Position numbers and translations under genes: made by a program
In this document: positions 37,275-39,850 of the stretch, piece by piece
Layout: each line of letters begins with the position of its first letter
Position numbering within the stretch: the first letter of the stretch is position 1
DNA from: Anaerolineae bacterium CG2_30_64_16
GTDB lineage: Bacteria > Chloroflexota > Anaerolineae > CG2-30-64-16
Reading direction: 5' to 3'
NCBI GenBank assembly: GCA_001871755.1
Contig: MNXL01000093.1
Span: forward strand, 1 to 39,850
Length of the DNA stretch: 39,850 nt
The notes under the pieces: model-generated
Seen by the model: the letters and a program-made list of their open reading frames with translations, nothing else
Database searches by the model: none
Told to the model about the DNA's origin: nothing

Positions 37275-38081
37275 CTACCCATGCTTTTCGACGATCCTGA
37301 CCATCTGCTCGAATTTCTCTTCCATATCCTGGACCATCTTGAACTGGGTTCGGCAACGGTCCAGGTTGTGGCCCTCTCGATGAACCTCCATGACGTTGTT
37401 GAACTTGGTGTCGTTGTGCGTGATGCGGCGGGGAAGCGCTCCCTTGTCCAACAGATCGACGAGGATTGGCATCTCCTCAGCCCGCTGCTCTACGAACTCG
37501 ATCTCGGCCCTGGCCGTCTGAGCGCGGTTCCTGGCATCCCTTTCCACAGACCGGACAAAGGCGTCGAACCGTTTCGGCGTGTGGTGAAAGTCCGGGATAG
37601 TTTCGTACAGTTGCTCCGCCGGGAAATCGCTGACCAACTGCTGGAACTTACCGAACGCCTTTCCGGCATTGTAAAAGTGATCCAGGTGCGCCACGACCTG
37701 GTAGGTTTGGGCGCCTTCGATAAAGACATACGCCCGCCAGTAGTTGCCCTCGGTCGTTTTGTAAAAAGTCCTGCCATCCACCGTGGGAATGAGATTGAGC
37801 GTCTCCCGCTCCGGATCGCCGCCGGCAGCAATGATTTTCTCCCGGAGGTGGACGGTCACTTTTGCGATGTTGTGCATCAACTCTTCGGGATGCCTGAACA
37901 CCTCGTGGTTGATCCGCTGCAAGATGTAGCGATGGACCACGCCATCGGCTTTGCGAAAGCGGGCGGCGTAGGTGCCATTGATGTGCCCGATACCGCAGCG
38001 CTGGGCGTCCAGAAACTCGCCCTCGAACGCGAATTGGGCGACGATGGATCGAAAGTCGGGCCTCATCGAGCATTCCCTCAC
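37275..38081 (-). pseudogene. nahK: N-acetylhexosamine 1-kinase-like (NahK/AmgK-type APH-fold kinase) with an apparent ~100-aa in-frame internal deletion
   Basis: GHINGTY, YILQRINHEVFRHPEELMHNI and ITHNDTKFNNVM are followed directly by the family C-terminal end, HNLDRCRTQFKMVQDMEE. The IDLDT metal-binding segment expected in between is missing. Confidence 0.6.
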
Positions 38082-38140
38082 AGACTCTCTGGCTGTGTCG
38101 CGGCTGAACTACATGCGCCGCTCCTCGCCATCAGCCGCCA

Positions 38141-38568
38141 TCAGCCGCCGATGGCCGGCAGGCTGGCGGCCGCGATGGACTGTCCCACGCGCCGGCTCTT
38201 TTCGTCCGGCAACTGAATGTTGGTCCGTGCGGCAAGCTCTGGAAACTCGGCCCGGAGCACCTTGTGGGCGCCATCCAGGATGAGTTGCCCCCCCTGCCTG
38301 AAGTGCAGCGCCCGAGAACGAGCACGTGCTTCAATTCGTAGAAATCGGCATAGTGAGCGATGGTGTAGCCCATGTAGATGCCCATGCTCTGCCAAATCTG
38401 AAGCGCCCCTTCGTGGTCGGCTTCCAGTCTCTCCTGGACAAGTTTCAGCTTTTCAGCATTAGGCATGTTGTCGGGCATCTTGATCCCGGCTTTCGGCGCC
38501 AGCCGGAAAACGCATTGCTGGGAGAGGTAGGGTGCGCCCCAGCCTCGGTCTCCCGACCACTCGTCCAC
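38141..38568 (-). pseudogene. C-terminal fragment of a ROK/ASKHA-type sugar-kinase-like protein, frameshifted
   Basis: Two ORFs (38131..38568 and 38141..38395) join into ...VLVLGRCTSG-RGGQLILDGAHKVLRAEFPEL...LPDEKSRRVGQSIAAASLP if one G is added to the G7 run (plus-strand C7 at 38288-38294). The N-terminal ~250 aa are missing. Confidence 0.5.
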
Positions 38569-38582
38569 CGAGGCCGCGTGCG

Positions 38583-39801
38583 TTACGCCGCGGCCTCTGG
38601 CGTGGCAAACAGTCCCAGTTCGCGGTTCAGGACCAGGGCCGATGCACCCAGGATCACAATCTCCGAGTCCATGCTCGACAGCCCGATCTCGGTTTCGTTG
38701 GCCAGAACAGCCAGCGAGCGTTTGACCATCTCCTGCCGGATCGCATCCAACAGTATCTGTCCAAGGCGAGCCACGCTGCCGGCGATCACAATGCGCCGGA
38801 CACTGAGCAGACCGACAACGTTGGCAGCCGCGATCCCGAGGTACTGTCCGGCTCGCCGGACCATCTGCTGCACCTGCTCATCACCGGCCTCCATCGCCCG
38901 GCAGATAGTCTCGATCGTGATCTCTTCGGGGCTGGCGGCAAAATGGTTGAGGCGAGAGTCCGGATCGTTGGTAGCGAGAGATTGGGCCTGGCTGATAATC
39001 GCGCGCGCTGGCCACTGTTTCAAGGCAGCCGAAATTGCCGCATCGACACTGCCTGCCATTCGCGACCACGGCGACGTGCCCGATCTCCCCCGCGCCAAAA
39101 GTCTCGCCGTGGAAGATCTGTCCATTCAGCACGATGCCAGCGCCGATGCCTTGCCCCACTTTGACCACGACCAGGTTCTCCACACCCGGCCCGTCGCCAA
39201 AGGTGTACTCGCCCAGGGCCGCCACCTGCGAATCGTTGGCTACGTACACCGGCAGGCCGTACCGCTCTTCCAACAGGGCCCGCAACGGCAGGTCGTGCCA
39301 GTTCAGGTTGACCGAGCGGCGCACGATGCCGTTGGTGGCATCCATCAAGCCCGGCGAGCCAATGCCGATGCCCAGCAGAGGGTTGTCGGTTGCAGCTATC
39401 AGATCTTGGACCATCTCGTACACGAGTGCCAGAGCGGCCTCACCGTCTCGATTGTGCAAAGGTACATTGATCTGGTGCCGGACCTGGCCGTGCAGGTTCA
39501 CCACTGCGCCACGGAACTCGGCGCTGGCCAGGTCAATACCGATGAGGTGGCGGGAGTCGGCGACGATACTGAGAAGGATGGGGGGTTTGCCACCTGCCGA
39601 CGGACCATAGCCGATTTCTTCTACCAGTCCCTGGTCCATCAGGTCTGTGACCACGTCGGAAACGGTCGTTCGGGTAAGTCGAGTCTCGCGAGCCACGTCA
39701 GCCCGGCTGATCTCTCCGCGCTCGTAGATGATCTTGAGCACCAGGCGACTGTTGTGGACCTTCGTCTGTTTGCGGGTTGCCTTTTGTGCCACTCGTCGCA
39801 T
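38583..39801 (-). pseudogene. ROK-family transcriptional regulator (NagC/XylR-like) with an apparent frameshift
   Basis: It has an N-terminal wHTH (LVLKIIYERGEISRADVARETRLTRTTVSDVV) and the ROK motif CRCGNFGCLETVAS. The frame changes inside the CG-repeat run 39000-39008 and continues as RAIISQAQ... in ORF 38583..39125. Confidence 0.7.
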
Positions 39802-39850
39802 GATGTCAACCCAGGCAGAGACCTGCTTAGAAAGCTCAATGAACTTACAA

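Overview
This is a GC-rich bacterial chromosomal window. The gene content and repeat style suggest a Chloroflexota-like organism, but that is a guess I cannot verify. The left half (about 1-15.4 kb) holds a membrane sensor histidine kinase, tRNA-Cys, a zinc-ribbon/cold-shock-domain protein and a DUF3524 glycosyltransferase. It also holds a plus-strand branched-chain amino acid operon: ilvB-ilvN-ilvC-leuA-[antisense PIN toxin-antitoxin cassette]-leuC-leuD-small ORF-cimA. No leuB is present. I found an unannotated 31-codon Leu/Ile/Val-rich leader ORF followed by two terminator hairpins upstream of ilvB. A second, paralogous PIN toxin-antitoxin cassette lies upstream, flanked by about 50-nt direct repeats. 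Positions 15.4-16.25 kb look like a rearrangement scar with RHS-like remnants, a 24-nt tandem repeat and a murQ 5' fragment. The right half (16.25-39.8 kb) is almost entirely minus strand. It reads as an amino-sugar/peptidoglycan-fragment salvage supercluster: ROK regulator, NahK-like kinase, Opp-type ABC importer, CutC, an M81/MlrC peptidase, a nucleotidyltransferase-phosphohexomutase fusion, a phosphodiester glycosidase, NamZ/DUF1343, MFS, GH20, a Gfo/Idh/MocA oxidoreductase, AnmK, a BadF-type kinase and MurQ. Several of these genes appear truncated, internally deleted or frameshifted. Tandem 7-8-nt repeat arrays sit at many gene boundaries. No CRISPR array, rRNA or recognisable transposase was seen.
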